Positions 30,674 through 42,876 of a DNA stretch of 64,000 nt are shown in pieces (position 1 is the stretch's first letter; each line of letters starts with the position of its first letter). The DNA is taken from contig CAVTTN010000002.1 of assembly GCA_963737655.1 (NCBI GenBank), positions 6,560,001 through 6,624,000 of the forward strand. Reading direction: 5' to 3'. Source of the DNA: an uncultured Planctomycetota bacterium (GTDB lineage: Bacteria > Planctomycetota > Planctomycetia > Isosphaerales > Isosphaeraceae). The notes under the pieces were generated by a model, which ran no database searches, was not told where the DNA came from, and saw only the letters and a list, made by a program, of their open reading frames with translations. The position numbers and the translations under genes were made by a program.

Positions 30674-31294
30674 ATGAGAGTGTCCAGGATCGTCTTGGCC
30701 GCGGGCGTCCTCGCCGCGATGGCCGCCTCGGCCAGGGCCGACTTTGTCCCGGCGTACGACTCCACGCCCCCGGTGGGCACGCCCAGCAATGTGTTCTATT
30801 ACAGCCTGAACTTCAGCAGCGCCCCGGACCCCGGTAACGGCGGCGCGCCGATCGACACCCTCGTCGCCGGCGACCAGATCACGATCTACGACGTGAAGGG
30901 CTTGACCAGCCTGTCCCAGATCAGCCTCACCGGCCCGTTCAGCGCCACCGTTCAGTACACGGGCCTGACGCCGTCGGGCCTTGCGCCCAGCGACGACCCG
31001 ACGATCGAGAACGTCACGATCACGTACACCGGGGCGGCGCACGTCACGTCAGACACCCCGTTCACCGACGCCCTGAAGATCACCGACCCGGGCTACTCCG
31101 GGGTGGTCCTGGGCACTTTCACCAGCACCGACGAGAAGACCTCGGGCCCGGCAACAGGTACGACCCTGAAGACCCTGGGCGGCGTTTCGATCCCTAACGC
31201 CGTGCCCGAGCCGGCTTCGCTGACCTTGATGGGCCTGGGCCTCGCCGGGGCTGCCGCCCTGAAGCGCCGACGCGCCCGGAAGGCCCAGGCCTGA
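30674..31294 (+). CDS. PEP-CTERM surface protein
   Basis: Signal ASARA/DF; Thr/Ser/Pro-rich; VPEPASLTLMGLGLAGAAALKRRR. Confidence 0.93.
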   Translation: MRVSRIVLAAGVLAAMAASARADFVPAYDSTPPVGTPSNVFYYSLNFSSAPDPGNGGAPIDTLVAGDQITIYDVKGLTSLSQISLTGPFSATVQYTGLTPSGLAPSDDPTIENVTITYTGAAHVTSDTPFTDALKITDPGYSGVVLGTFTSTDEKTSGPATGTTLKTLGGVSIPNAVPEPASLTLMGLGLAGAAALKRRRARKAQA

Positions 31295-31457
31295 GCGATC
31301 GGTTAACGCCTCCTGGCATCGCGTGATCGATCCGCGCCCCCGAAACCATGCCACAGGCCAAGGCCCGGCCTGGCACCGACCTCTCATCGTGAGGCCGCGC
31401 TCACGAAGATGTGAGCGAATCCCATCCCCAAGGGCCGAATCGGCCTGCCTGCCCCGA

Positions 31458-32129
31458 TCATCGCGGATCAACGAACCCTCGGGCGGCCCGGACGAAGGCC
31501 CGGACGAGTGCGGCCGCCTTGCGCCCCGGCTCGACCTCGACGCCGCTGGCCACATCCACCATCCACGGCCGGGCCCGGGCCGCACGATCGGCCACGTTGA
31601 TTGGCGAGAGTCCTCCGGCAAGGATCACACGAGGGAGTCGATCGGCCCAGCTCGGCAGGCGGTCCAGGAGGGCCTCGGGGATCGTCCGGCCGGTCCCCCC
31701 GAACTTCCCGTCGACCCGGGCGTCGAGCAAAACCGCCTCCAGGGGATGCCCGAGGTCACGAGCCGTTTCCGCAAAGGCCGCGACTTCGGCCAGGTCGGCC
31801 TCCTCGGCGACCCGGAACGCCCGGACGACCCGGAGGCCGGCCAGCCCGGCAACGGCCTCGGGCGGCTCGTCGCCGTGAAGCTGGACGACCCGGAGGCCGA
31901 GCGCCTCGGCGACGGCCCGGACCTCCGCCGGGCGTCGATTCACGAACAGGCCGACCGGCTCGACCGTCGTCGCGAGCGAGGCGAGGATCGCCCGGGCCCG
32001 CGTCCCGTCGAGGAATCGAGGGGACGGGGGGTGAAAATTCAGGCCGATCCAGTCCGCGCCGGCCTCGGAGGCGGCGACGGCATCCTCCGGCGAGGTCAGC
32101 CCGCAAATCTTGACGAGCGTGGGGTGCAT
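31458..32129 (-). CDS. trpF: Phosphoribosylanthranilate isomerase
   Basis: VKICGLT, VQLHGDE, GGTG, LAGGL, DVASGVE. Confidence 0.95.
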   Translation of the reverse strand: MHPTLVKICGLTSPEDAVAASEAGADWIGLNFHPPSPRFLDGTRARAILASLATTVEPVGLFVNRRPAEVRAVAEALGLRVVQLHGDEPPEAVAGLAGLRVVRAFRVAEEADLAEVAAFAETARDLGHPLEAVLLDARVDGKFGGTGRTIPEALLDRLPSWADRLPRVILAGGLSPINVADRAARARPWMVDVASGVEVEPGRKAAALVRAFVRAARGFVDPR

Positions 32130-32182
32130 GCAATGCACCGATCGGTTCGGATGTCGCCGAGCCCGCAACTTCTCCTCAAGGA

Positions 32183-32212
32183 CATGCCCACGAGGACGTG
32201 GGCATGCCACCC
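32183..32212 (-). repeat. Single REP-like palindrome
   Basis: Minus strand GGGTGG-CATGCCCACG-TCCT-CGTGGGCATG. Confidence 0.6.
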
Positions 32213-32223
32213 GAGACGGGTTC

Positions 32224-32559
32224 TCAGACCGTCACTCCCAGGCGTTCGAGGGCGGCCTTGTACTTCGCCTCGGGCTGGAGGCCGACGATCCGATCGACTT
32301 CCTTGCCGCCCTGGAAGAAGATCACCGCCGGGATGCCGCTGATCCGCAGGTTGGGCGGGGTCACGGCGTTCTGATCGGTGTCCATCTTGCCAATCTTGAC
32401 CTTGCCGGAGTAGCTCTCGGCGAGCTTCTCGATGGTCGGTGCGAGCATCCGGCAGGGTCCGCACCACGGGGCCCAGAAATCGACGACGACCGGCGTCTCG
32501 GACTCCAGGACTTCCGACTTCCAGTTGGCGTCGGTAAACTCCAGCACGTTCCCGGCCAT
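32224..32559 (-). CDS. trxA: Thioredoxin
   Basis: [13 protein letters not shown]. Confidence 0.96.
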   Translation of the reverse strand: MAGNVLEFTDANWKSEVLESETPVVVDFWAPWCGPCRMLAPTIEKLAESYSGKVKIGKMDTDQNAVTPPNLRISGIPAVIFFQGGKEVDRIVGLQPEAKYKAALERLGVTV

Positions 32560-32658
32560 GGCGTCTTCCCCGGACAGAGTTCTGGGTTCGTTCGTCGCGA
32601 AACCCGACCGCCCCGGCGGCGATCGCCGGACCGGGGCGGGACTGGAGGTCATTATAAG

Positions 32659-33843
32659 TTGGGCGAAACCCGAGTCAACGGACCGAAGGCCGAGGCGGCA
32701 CCCGCCGGGCCCTCCTGGCAAGACTGGATCGACCCGAGGCGGCTGGGCGTGATGAGGTCGATGCTGGGCTTCGTCCCGGTCGCGGCGGCCCTGAGCCTGG
32801 CCGGCGTCTCCCCGTCGTTCCAGTTCATCGCCGCGTGCCTGGCCATCCTCCCCCTGGCCGGCATCATGGGCGAGGCGACCGAGAGGCTGGCCGAGAGGCT
32901 CGGGCCGGGTGTTGGCGGCCTTCTCAACGCCACGTTCGGCAACGCGGCCGAGCTCATCATCGCCCTGTTCGCCCTCTCCCGGGGGCTGGACGACGTGGTC
33001 AAGGCCAGCCTGACCGGGAGCGTAATCGGCAATCTGCTGCTGGTGCTGGGCGGCAGCGCCCTGGCCGGCGGCTTGAAGTATCGGGTCCAGAGGTTCAACA
33101 AGACGGCCGCCGGTGTGGGAGGGACGCTGATGGCCCTGGCCGCCGTCTCGATGCTCGTCCCGGCCTTGTTCCATCGCCTGGTGGGGGGCGTCAAGACCGC
33201 ACCGGGCCTGGAGCATCGCCTGAGCGTTTCGGTGGCCATCCTCCTCCTGATCCTCTACGGCCTGAACCTGGTGTTCAGCCTGAAGACCCACAAGGACCTC
33301 TACAACCCGAAAGCCGACGACGGCGACCTGGAAGAGGAGCACGGAGGCCGCCACGCCTGGGGGATCCGTCGATCCTCGGCGGTCCTCGTCGTCGCGACTC
33401 TCCTCGTGGCGTGGATGAGCGAGATCCTGGTCGGCGCCGTCGAGTCGGCGGGGGAGGCGATGGGCCTGTCGGACCTCTTCATGGGCGTTTTCGTCCTGGC
33501 GATCATCGGGAACGCGGCCGAGCACTCGACGGCCCTGCTCATGGCCCGCAAGAACAAGATGGACCTGGCCGTGGGGATCGCGATGGGCTCGGCCCTTCAG
33601 ATCGCCCTGTTCGTGGCGCCGGTCCTGGTCCTCGCCAGTTATCTCCGCCCCTCGGGGCCGATGGACCTGCTGTTCACGCCCCTGGAGGTCGTCGCGGTGA
33701 TCCTTGCGGTGGTGATCGCCCGGATGGTGGCCGAGGACGGGGAGTCCAACTGGCTGGAAGGCGCCATGCTCCTGATGATCTACGCCCTGCTGGGCCTCGC
33801 GTTCTTCTTTCTGCCCGAAGCCGTCGGCCCCGCCCCGGGATGA
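32659..33843 (+). CDS. Ca2+/H+ antiporter (CAX/ChaA)
   Basis: [27 protein letters not shown]; start uncertain (TTG 32659 or ATG 32752). Confidence 0.92.
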   Translation: MGETRVNGPKAEAAPAGPSWQDWIDPRRLGVMRSMLGFVPVAAALSLAGVSPSFQFIAACLAILPLAGIMGEATERLAERLGPGVGGLLNATFGNAAELIIALFALSRGLDDVVKASLTGSVIGNLLLVLGGSALAGGLKYRVQRFNKTAAGVGGTLMALAAVSMLVPALFHRLVGGVKTAPGLEHRLSVSVAILLLILYGLNLVFSLKTHKDLYNPKADDGDLEEEHGGRHAWGIRRSSAVLVVATLLVAWMSEILVGAVESAGEAMGLSDLFMGVFVLAIIGNAAEHSTALLMARKNKMDLAVGIAMGSALQIALFVAPVLVLASYLRPSGPMDLLFTPLEVVAVILAVVIARMVAEDGESNWLEGAMLLMIYALLGLAFFFLPEAVGPAPG

Positions 33844-33916
33844 CCGGGCCCTGGTCCCCCGGCGCTCGGATGCCTAACCTGGATGCTGCTCCCATGCACC
33901 CCGAGAGGAGGCGCCC

Positions 33917-34653
33917 ATGAATCGCGTCGCGAGATGGTGGCTGGCCCTGCTCGTCCTCGCCGCTCCGGCAGTCGCCCAGGACGCACCGAAGCCCGAGGAA
34001 AAGGAGGCGGCCAAGCCGAAGTCCCGGCCCAGGCGCCCGCGCACGAACCGATCGATCGCACCTACATGGGCCGGGAGATCGCCGATGTGATGAGCTACCT
34101 CGGCGCCGACTGGCTGATCCGCCCCGAGCGCGAGGACGAGGAACGGCCCGAGGCCATGCTCGACGCCCTGAAGCTCAAGCCGGGGGACGTCGTCGCCGAC
34201 GTCGGCGCGGGCGTGGGCTACACGAGCTTGAGGCTGGCGAAGCGGGTCGGGCCGAAGGGGACCGTCTACGCGACGGACATCCAGCCCCAGATGATCGCCA
34301 TGCTCAAGGACAACCTCAAACGGGCGAAGGTCGCGAACGTCAAGCCCGTCCTCTGCACCGGCGACGACCCGAAACTGCCCGAATCGGTCGTCGATCTGGC
34401 GATCATGATCGACGTCTACCACGAATGCGCGAACCCCGCGGCCACCCTGAAGGGGCTCCACAAGGCGCTGAAGCCCAAGGGCCGGCTCGTCCTGGTCGAG
34501 TTCCGCGCCGAGGACCCGGACGTCCCGATCAAGCCCGAGCACAAGATGACCGTCGAGCAGGTCCGCAAGGAGATCGAGCCCCAGGGCTTCGCCTTCAAGG
34601 AGCTCCAGGACTTCCTCCCCTGGCAACACATCATCATCTTCGAGAAGAAGTAG
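33917..34653 (+). CDS. Class I SAM-dependent methyltransferase with signal peptide (frameshift ~34000-34060)
   Basis: GAGGAGG RBS + MNRVARWWLALLVLAAPAVAQD; VADVGAGVGY, IDVYHE. Confidence 0.85.
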
Positions 34654-34711
34654 GATGCGTGAAATGCGCCATCTTCCATTCGCGTCATGCGTGGGAATGG
34701 AAGATGGCGCA
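34650..34711. repeat. REP-like element / hairpin between convergent genes
   Basis: GTAG foot is the stop codon; 17-bp perfect stem TGCGCCATCTTCCATTC / GAATGGAAGATGGCGCA. Confidence 0.6.
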
Positions 34712-34722
34712 CCTCCGGCCCA

Positions 34723-35772
34723 TCACTTGAGGGTCGCCCGCCATTCCTCGTCCAGTTCCTGGACCGTCTTGCCGGTGAGGTCCTTGAACATTTCTTCCTT
34801 GTACGTCCCCTCGCGCATGGCGGCGTTGAGCTTGCGGACGAGGTCCTTGTCGTACTTCTCGGCGACGAAGGCGAGGAAGGCGGCGGTGGTCCGGTAACTG
34901 GCGTTGTAGCGGGCACGGTCGGCCCGAATGGGGCCGATCTTGCCGGGCTCGTATTTGAAGAATCGCACGTAATCCGCCACGCCCTCGACCAGCCAGCCGG
35001 GGTTCCGGCCTCGATAGCGCTGGACGATGTGCGTCGTCTCGTGGACCATCGCGCCGACGTCGTCGGGATGGCCCTTGAAGTAATCGACCGAGCCGGTGAT
35101 CCGGCCGCCTCCGGCCTCGGCCACGCCCTTGTAACTGGACTTGAAGGTCATCCGGATCGAGTGGGCGGGCTTGTACCCGTCGCTGCGGAGCTCCTCGTTA
35201 ATCATCGGGTAGGCCCGCTCGCAGGCTCCGGCGACTTTCTCGGCCCAGTCCTTCAGGTCCGGGGCGTCGGTCACGTCCACGGCGATCTCGATCGGGTACT
35301 TGAACGTCATCACCGGAGGGTCGGAGTCGACGGCGATCTCGCGGACGACCAGGGGATGAAGCTGCTCCCCCTCGGGCCGGATGCGCACGCTCTTCACCAT
35401 CTTCCCCGCCGCCTCACCCCGGGCCGAACCCTCGGCGAACCTCGCCAGGGGTTCGAACGCCTTGCCGTCGGCCGAGACCTCGAGCGATCCCGAATCGAGC
35501 CGATCGCCGCCGTCGGGCTTGCCCGACTTCACCGCCACGGCTTTCAGGGAGACGGGGCGCTCAAAGACCAGGGTGAACGAATCGTCGGCCCCGGGGTTTT
35601 TCTCGGAGGCGAAAAAGGTCGAGTCGTCGCCATCGAAGGCGAACTGGCGGACCTGCCGGGCGGAGGTCGCCAGCGAGCTTTCGACGGTCGCGGGGACGGA
35701 TCCGACGGGGCCCACGTCAAGATTCATCGCGACCGATGGCAAGAGGAAGCAAGCCGAGATGAGGCGAAGCAT
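34723..35772 (-). CDS. Secreted discoidin(F5/8C)-like + basic secretory protein (BSP) metallopeptidase
   Basis: AFDGDDSTFF; VHETTH, PGWLVEGVADYVR. Confidence 0.85.
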   Translation of the reverse strand: MLRLISACFLLPSVAMNLDVGPVGSVPATVESSLATSARQVRQFAFDGDDSTFFASEKNPGADDSFTLVFERPVSLKAVAVKSGKPDGGDRLDSGSLEVSADGKAFEPLARFAEGSARGEAAGKMVKSVRIRPEGEQLHPLVVREIAVDSDPPVMTFKYPIEIAVDVTDAPDLKDWAEKVAGACERAYPMINEELRSDGYKPAHSIRMTFKSSYKGVAEAGGGRITGSVDYFKGHPDDVGAMVHETTHIVQRYRGRNPGWLVEGVADYVRFFKYEPGKIGPIRADRARYNASYRTTAAFLAFVAEKYDKDLVRKLNAAMREGTYKEEMFKDLTGKTVQELDEEWRATLK

Positions 35773-35944
35773 CAAGGACTCCGGAGGTTCGATCTCGTGA
35801 GTTTCGAAGGACGACGAACCGTGAAACCCGGAGCCCTCACCGGCGATGCGTCGCGAACGACGATCGAGACGCTTCGCCTCTCAGGAATTCCATCCCCGAG
35901 ATCGCTAACGGCATGGTGTCTCTCTCCGTCTCCGGTTCGTCACA

Positions 35945-36739
35945 TCATCTTACAGCCGATGCCTCGGGGGCGTCGAGGGACGGATCGGGCCAGCATTCGC
36001 GGGCGGTCCGCGCGACGATCCTCTTGCGGAGGGGCGCCCCGGCGAACGCCACGACGACCAGCCCGACGAAGAAGCCGAGGCACAGGGCCGTCCGGACGGC
36101 CTCCGGCGGGCGGCCTCGGCGCTCGATCAGGACGAGCGAGGCCGCGAAGGCGATCCCGAGGAGCAGCAAGGTCTGCGCGATCAGGACCGTCCGCACGCGG
36201 TTGTCCCAGATCCCCCGGACCCTCGGCCCGATCGGGGGCCACGAGCCGATCCGCCAGGCGTCGCGGGCCTCGGGGCCGATCCAGACCTTCACCCGCCCCG
36301 ACAGGGCCGCGATCGTCCCCATCGTCGAGACGATCAGGAAGGCGAACGAGGCCAGGAACAGGGCGATCCACGTCCCCAGCCACTGGCGGAGGACGGCCGC
36401 CGGGGCGCCGTTGGCCCCCTGCGCCAGTCCCACGATCAGGAGGACCGCGCCCAGCCCCGCCACCAGGCCGGTCAGGGCGACCTTGGCGAACCCCCACGAC
36501 GCCTGGAACAGGGCGCAGGCCCCGGCCCGTCGTCGATCCGGATCGGTCTTCGCCAGCCATCGGGCCGTCAGCAGGTCGTCCCAACCGAACTTCAGGCAGG
36601 CCACGACCACCCCGAGGATCGGGTTGTCCGTCGCCTCGAAAAGGACCACGCCGGCGATCAGCGGCAGCCATCGCCACAGACTCGGCGGACGGCGGGGCCG
36701 GGTCTCGGCCGGCTCCTCGGCGTTTTCGATCGAAAACAT
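35945..36739 (-). CDS. Hypothetical membrane protein
   Basis: Several TM helices; co-oriented downstream of the aminotransferase. Confidence 0.65.
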   Translation of the reverse strand: MFSIENAEEPAETRPRRPPSLWRWLPLIAGVVLFEATDNPILGVVVACLKFGWDDLLTARWLAKTDPDRRRAGACALFQASWGFAKVALTGLVAGLGAVLLIVGLAQGANGAPAAVLRQWLGTWIALFLASFAFLIVSTMGTIAALSGRVKVWIGPEARDAWRIGSWPPIGPRVRGIWDNRVRTVLIAQTLLLLGIAFAASLVLIERRGRPPEAVRTALCLGFFVGLVVVAFAGAPLRKRIVARTARECWPDPSLDAPEASAVR

Positions 36740-36764
36740 GGTCAAAGATCGGCCCTCCGACCCC

Positions 36765-37933
36765 TCAGACGATCACCTGAAGCGTCCTCAGCCGAGCGAT
36801 GGCCCCATCCAGCGTCTCGTCCTTCTTGCAGAAGCAGAACCGGACGTATTGCCGGCCGAGGTCCGAGTTTCGATAGAAGCTCGAACCGGGCACCGAGGCC
36901 ACGCCGATTTCCTGGACGAGCCGCCTTGCGAATTCGACGTCGGATTCCGCGCCGAACGCGCCGATCTCGGCCATCACGTAGTAGGCGCCCTGGGGGAAAT
37001 CGAGGTCGAAGCCGATCTCCACGAGGGCCGAGCAGAGCTTGTCTCGCCTCGCCTGATAACCCGCCTTCAGTCGGTCGTAATACTCCCGAGGCATCCGGTA
37101 GGCGATCGCGCCGGCCTCCTGGAGCGGGGCGGCGGCGCCGATCGAGACGAAGTCGTGGAGCTGGCGGAACGCCTTGCTCATCGGAGGGGCGCGAGGATCG
37201 TCCCCACCCTCCAGCCCGTGACCGAGTACGTCTTGGACATCCCGCCGACCGTCACCGACCTCTCGCGCATCCCGTCCAGCGACGCGAGGCAGACGTGCTC
37301 TCGACCGTCGTAGAGGATGTGCTCATAAATTTCGTCCGTGATGGCAATGACGTCCCATTTCCGGCAGAGGGCGGCGACGTGCTCCAGCTCGCCTCGGGTG
37401 AAGACGGTGCCGGTGGGGTTGTTCGGGTTGCAGAGGACGATGGCCTTGGTGCGGTCGTTGAAGGCGGAGGCGAGCTCGTCGGGGTCGAACGTCCATCCCG
37501 GGGGACGCACCGGCACGAATCGCGGGGTCGCGCCGGCGAGGATGGCGTCGGGCCAGTAGTTCTCGTAGAAGGGCTGGGAGAGGATGACCTCGTCCCCGGG
37601 GTTGATCAGGGCCATCAGGGCGACGAGCATGGCCTCCGTGCTGCCGCAGGTGACGGTGATCTCGGACTCGGGATCAATGTCCAGGCCGAGGTGCCAGGCG
37701 GCATGCTCGGCGATGGCCTCGCGAAGGGGTCGGGCGCCCCAGGTGATCGCATACTGATTGATGTCGGCCTGGATGGCCCGGCAGGCGGCGTCCTTGATCT
37801 CGGCCGGGGCGGGAAAATCCGGCATGCCCTGGGCCAGGTTCACCGCTCCGTATTTCCGGGCCTCGACGGACATCCCTCGGATCACGCTCTCGGCGAAGAG
37901 TCCGGACTTCCGCGAGAGCAGGGGGGCTTGCAT
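36765..37933 (-). CDS. PLP-dependent class I/II aminotransferase (YbdL-like), frameshift ~37187
   Basis: NLAQGMPDF, CNPNNPTG, DEIYEH, MSKTYSVTGWRVG; continues as MSKAFRQLHDF...VRFCFCK. Confidence 0.9.
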
Positions 37934-38408
37934 GGCGGGGAGCGGCTCCGGCGAGGTCTCGTTCGAGGAAGATCGGCCTTCCAGGTTAGTCGAACCGAGG
38001 CCGGAAGGGGAAGCGACGGGACTCGGCCTCGCTCCGATCTCCGGGTAGGATGGGCGGGTCGATCCCGCCGAGTCCGGCCGACGGGCGAAGGTGGATCGAT
38101 GACAATCGACGACCCCTGGAAGCGACGCATCGGGCCGCTTGGGCGACCTTCCCGGGGCCGCTGAAGGAGGCCGTGACGGGTTGAGGGTGGCGCGATCGGC
38201 CCGATCGTTGCGTCCGTCAGGTCCGGCGGATCGGGAACGGCGAGAGGCGGATCGGCGGGGATCGGCCGGGCCAGTCGTCGAGCGTCGGCCGATAGACCGG
38301 GAAAGAGGGCCGTCGGGCGTCGCGGGCGGTCGCGGATCGATCGAGTGGTCATGTCACGGACGGCCCCCGAGGCGCCAGCCGCGCCCAGGGGATCGGGAGG
38401 GTTCAAGG

Positions 38409-39299
38409 ATGGCATCGAGGCGCCAGGGCGGACGGTCGAATCGGCGGACGTTCCAGCCCGAGCCGGTCGGGCCCCTGGAGGCCCGGATCGTGCTCTCGCA
38501 GACCTACATCCCGCCGCTCCCCCAGCAACCGAGGGTCGTGACCCACGTGATCAAGGGCGGACACGCCGCCTACGTCCGGGACACCGATTTCGAACTCTAC
38601 GAGATTGACGTCGTGGGAGGCGGGACCGTCCATGCGGAGCCGATGTCCGGCGGCCGGGTCAAGCTGATTGTGAACGGAACGACCACGTCGAGCGAGCTTT
38701 CGATCAACCCGACGATCCGGGAGAGGCGTAAGGGAATCGCCCACACCTACCCGGGTCAATCGAAGGTCCAGGACAACGTGCTCCATGTCGGCGAAATCGA
38801 CGTGACCTCGGGCCAGATCGGCTCGATCCTGGGCTATCGAACGGCCGAGCTTTCCGGGGCGGTCACGATCCCGGGGACGGAGTCGGTCAGCCGGATCGCC
38901 TTCCAGTCGCTGGTGCCGGGGGCCTCGATCACCACGGGCGGGGACCTGGACACCTTCGACGTCTTCAACGATCTGACAATCGGTGGAGGCCCCGGGATCA
39001 ACGTGGGCCGGGACTTGAACTGGCTGAACGTCGGGGGGACCGTGACGGTCAATTCCGGGTCGTCGTTGGCCGTGGGTCGAGACATCGGCCTGAATGCCCA
39101 GGCTGCCAAAGGGACCGATCCGGGCGGTCAGGGGGCGGAGATCCTGGGCGACTTGGTCATCAATCCTGGGGGCAGCTTGACCGTCGGCCGGTCGCTGGAT
39201 GCCCAGTTCATCGTCCAGGGATCGGTCACCGGGGCCAGCCTGATCTCCATCCCCCAGGGCGGCACGAACTTCGTCTCCCGGGGCGGATTCACGAGCTGA
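38409..39299 (+). CDS. Planctomycete extracellular protein with LEPR-XLL-like leader and beta-rich repeats
   Basis: RRTFQPEPVGPLEARIVLS; repeated VGRDL/VGRDI/VGRSL. Confidence 0.7.
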   Translation: MASRRQGGRSNRRTFQPEPVGPLEARIVLSQTYIPPLPQQPRVVTHVIKGGHAAYVRDTDFELYEIDVVGGGTVHAEPMSGGRVKLIVNGTTTSSELSINPTIRERRKGIAHTYPGQSKVQDNVLHVGEIDVTSGQIGSILGYRTAELSGAVTIPGTESVSRIAFQSLVPGASITTGGDLDTFDVFNDLTIGGGPGINVGRDLNWLNVGGTVTVNSGSSLAVGRDIGLNAQAAKGTDPGGQGAEILGDLVINPGGSLTVGRSLDAQFIVQGSVTGASLISIPQGGTNFVSRGGFTS

Positions 39300-39306
39300 A
39301 TCCGGG

Positions 39307-39340
39307 GGCGGAGGGCGCGCGATTCGGCGCGCCCTCCGCC
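39307..39340. terminator. Hairpin between convergent genes
   Basis: 14-bp perfect stem GGCGGAGGGCGCGC / GCGCGCCCTCCGCC. Confidence 0.7.
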
Positions 39341-39347
39341 TCCTCGA

Positions 39348-40274
<927 letters not shown>

Positions 40275-40325
40275 CGGGCCATCCCTCGAGAAGGGCGGTG
40301 CGTTTCGGGTCGTGAGGGGATCGGA

Positions 40326-40559
40326 TCAGGAGGTCTGGCGGTAGACGTTGGTGTCGTCCTGGAATTCGTCGTCAACGATCGGGGTCTTGTCGATCGCTCC
40401 GCCGAGGGGCCTGCGGGCGTACCAGACGATTCCGGTGATCCCGGCGACGGAGAGCAAGGCGGCCAGGACCGTGTAGGCCACCGGATTCCCTCGGGAGAGT
40501 TCCCGGCCGAAGAGGACCAGGACGCGGAAGCCGGCTCGGGCGAGGAAGAATCGCCGCAT
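40326..40559 (-). CDS. Small membrane protein
   Basis: 77 aa, one TM, within the operon. Confidence 0.6.
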   Translation of the reverse strand: MRRFFLARAGFRVLVLFGRELSRGNPVAYTVLAALLSVAGITGIVWYARRPLGGAIDKTPIVDDEFQDDTNVYRQTS

Positions 40560-40584
40560 GGTCGGATCTCAGGCTCGGGGCGAA

Positions 40585-42837
40585 TCAGGGCCTGGCCTTC
40601 TCGGCCGGCGCGGCCTTCAACGGCAAGATGACCCGGATCAGGGTCGTCTGCTTGAGCTTCGGCTCGGCGCCGGCCCCGCCGAGGGCGAGCAAGGCTCCCG
40701 GGCCGTCGATCTCGGCCATGAGGATCGGCCGGTTGAGGTCGAGCTGGGCGGTGAGGTCGAGCCAGCGATACGCGAGGTTCGGGGTCAGGGCGCCTCGACT
40801 CCCCATTCCGTCGTGGAACAGCAACTGGCGGACGAGGTCAGGCCGGGAGGCTTCCGCCTGGGCGTCGTCCCCGGAGGTGTAAGGCCGGCCGTTGTAGTAG
40901 TAGATTTGCTGCCCCTGGTTGAGCTGGACCGCGTTGGGCAGGGTCTCCAGGAAGTTGCTCAAGGCCCGCGACTCCGACGGGTTGACCGTCGCGGTCTGGC
41001 CCGGGGCGAGCGTCCCGAGCGGATAGGCTTGTCGGCCGCACAGCAGCACGGCGTTCTTCATCGGTCGCTTCAGGGCGTTGGTGACAGTCCCCTCGATCCG
41101 GTCTGAGCCCGAGGCCGAGAGGTCCGAATCGAGCGCCTTGGCGGAGGACGGCGACATCCACCGACCGACGAAGCTCTTGGTGCTCCAGATCGGCACGCGG
41201 ACCCCGGAGAGAATCTCCGCCGAGGCTTCTGGCTCGTACGAGTAGCTGGCCCCCGGGAGCCCGACGCCGCCGCCGAATCCCGGATCGGTCGAGCCGAACC
41301 AGCTCATCAGGACCTCCGCGTTCGGCCCGGCCTTGGCGTCGGCGGGAGCGGTGACCCCCTGAGGCGGCTCGGCTTCGGGCGCCTGAGGGACGATCGTCAG
41401 CGAATAATCCCGATTCTGCGGGCTGAACAGGGTCAGCCAGGTCGTCCCCCGGACTCGCCCGGCCGTCTGGTCCACGTCCACCACGTCCACCTTGTTGATC
41501 CGAAGCTCGGTCCCTTTCAGGTAATACGCCGCGCCATAGGCCAGGGCGCTGACGGCGATCACGATCGTCGGGAAGGTGATCCAGGTCATCTCCATGCGCT
41601 TGACGACCTTGCGGAGGAAGAGGTAGTCGCCGGGGCCGATCAGGAGGATATAGAGGAAGACGAAGAACGCGACCCAGCCGAACGGGACGAGCTTCACGCC
41701 GGGGAAGCGTTCCAGACTGCCGTGGAGTGCGGTGGACAGGTCGCTCGACGCCGGTCGATAGAAGGCCCCCACCGGCTGGGCGATCGTCCCGGAGGCGTCG
41801 CTGGCTCGGCCGCGGAGGTCCAGGGCCTTGTCCCAGAAGAGCTTCCGATCTTCCCAGGTCGAGAACGGCTTCTCATCCACGTCCAGCCCAATCACCGTGA
41901 CCCGGCCGAAGCCATAGGGCCCGCGAACGACCAGGGGCGTGGCGACCGAGGCCGCCAGGGGCACGCCGCCCCGCGCCTCCCAACCCTGGAGCTGGGTGAC
42001 CTGGATGTCTCCCGCGGGGATCGGATGGGTCCGAGACTCGGCGAAGAGCTCGATCGGGCCGCGGTCGGTCAACTTCAGCCGGCCCGCCGGGACCGCGGGG
42101 AGGGCCTCGGCCAGCGGCCCTTCGACCACCTTCTGCCAGTTCCGACCCACGGCCACGACCAGATGGCCTCCGCCGGCCACCCATCTCAGGAGCGCCGCCG
42201 CCTTGCCGGACTGGGCGAGGTTGTCCAGGAACACCGAGTCGTTGGTGTCGATCACGATCGAGTCGGCCCCGTCGAAGCCGATCCATCGGCCGGGGAGTCC
42301 GTCCCTCCGGCGGATCGGCTGGACCATCAGCCAGGGGGTCAGCCCCGGGCCGTTCCCGCTGAACTTCGGGAGGGTCGCCATGTCGCCCACGCCCTGGGGA
42401 TTGCCGGCCGTGAGGACCAGCGACGCCTCGGCCCCCAGCGACTCGACATTCCCCCCGTTCCAGCCCGCCTTCGGCCGGCCCCTGGCGTCGAGGATCCTCA
42501 GCCCGAGGTCATTCCCCCGGGCGCTGGGCCTCCCGTAGACGAGCATCGTCCGCATTTCATTCCGGGGGATCTCCTGGAGCCGGAAGACCATTCTCGTGCC
42601 GGTCCCGGAGTCGTCGGCCGCGCCGACCTCGACGAACCCGGAAAACGGCTCGGCGCCGGCCTTCAGGTCGACCCAGATCGGCGTCCACGTCCCCGTCTTG
42701 TACTGGCCGTCGCGGGTGCCGTCGCCGTAGCCGACCCGAACGTTCTCGATCGTGACCGCGGGAGGCGCGGCGGCCCGAGCCGAACCCGTCAGGCCGACGG
42801 CGAGGAACAGGCCCAGGAACCATCGGTCCAGTCTCAT
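40585..42837 (-). CDS. Large ABC-associated membrane protein (class I GATase-like domain)
   Basis: Signal peptide; YKTGTWTP, LLRWVAGGGHLVV, GPYGFGRV, YILLIGPGDY. Confidence 0.75.
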   Translation of the reverse strand: MRLDRWFLGLFLAVGLTGSARAAAPPAVTIENVRVGYGDGTRDGQYKTGTWTPIWVDLKAGAEPFSGFVEVGAADDSGTGTRMVFRLQEIPRNEMRTMLVYGRPSARGNDLGLRILDARGRPKAGWNGGNVESLGAEASLVLTAGNPQGVGDMATLPKFSGNGPGLTPWLMVQPIRRRDGLPGRWIGFDGADSIVIDTNDSVFLDNLAQSGKAAALLRWVAGGGHLVVAVGRNWQKVVEGPLAEALPAVPAGRLKLTDRGPIELFAESRTHPIPAGDIQVTQLQGWEARGGVPLAASVATPLVVRGPYGFGRVTVIGLDVDEKPFSTWEDRKLFWDKALDLRGRASDASGTIAQPVGAFYRPASSDLSTALHGSLERFPGVKLVPFGWVAFFVFLYILLIGPGDYLFLRKVVKRMEMTWITFPTIVIAVSALAYGAAYYLKGTELRINKVDVVDVDQTAGRVRGTTWLTLFSPQNRDYSLTIVPQAPEAEPPQGVTAPADAKAGPNAEVLMSWFGSTDPGFGGGVGLPGASYSYEPEASAEILSGVRVPIWSTKSFVGRWMSPSSAKALDSDLSASGSDRIEGTVTNALKRPMKNAVLLCGRQAYPLGTLAPGQTATVNPSESRALSNFLETLPNAVQLNQGQQIYYYNGRPYTSGDDAQAEASRPDLVRQLLFHDGMGSRGALTPNLAYRWLDLTAQLDLNRPILMAEIDGPGALLALGGAGAEPKLKQTTLIRVILPLKAAPAEKARP

Positions 42838-42876
42838 GGTCTCTCGCGGCCTCCGCCAGCTTGAAGAGTGGGCAGT

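Noticed and set aside
38208..38222. Sigma54-like GG-N10-GC upstream of the LEPR-XLL-like gene
   Set aside because: Weak match (lacks TGGCAC) that is expected by chance at this GC content.
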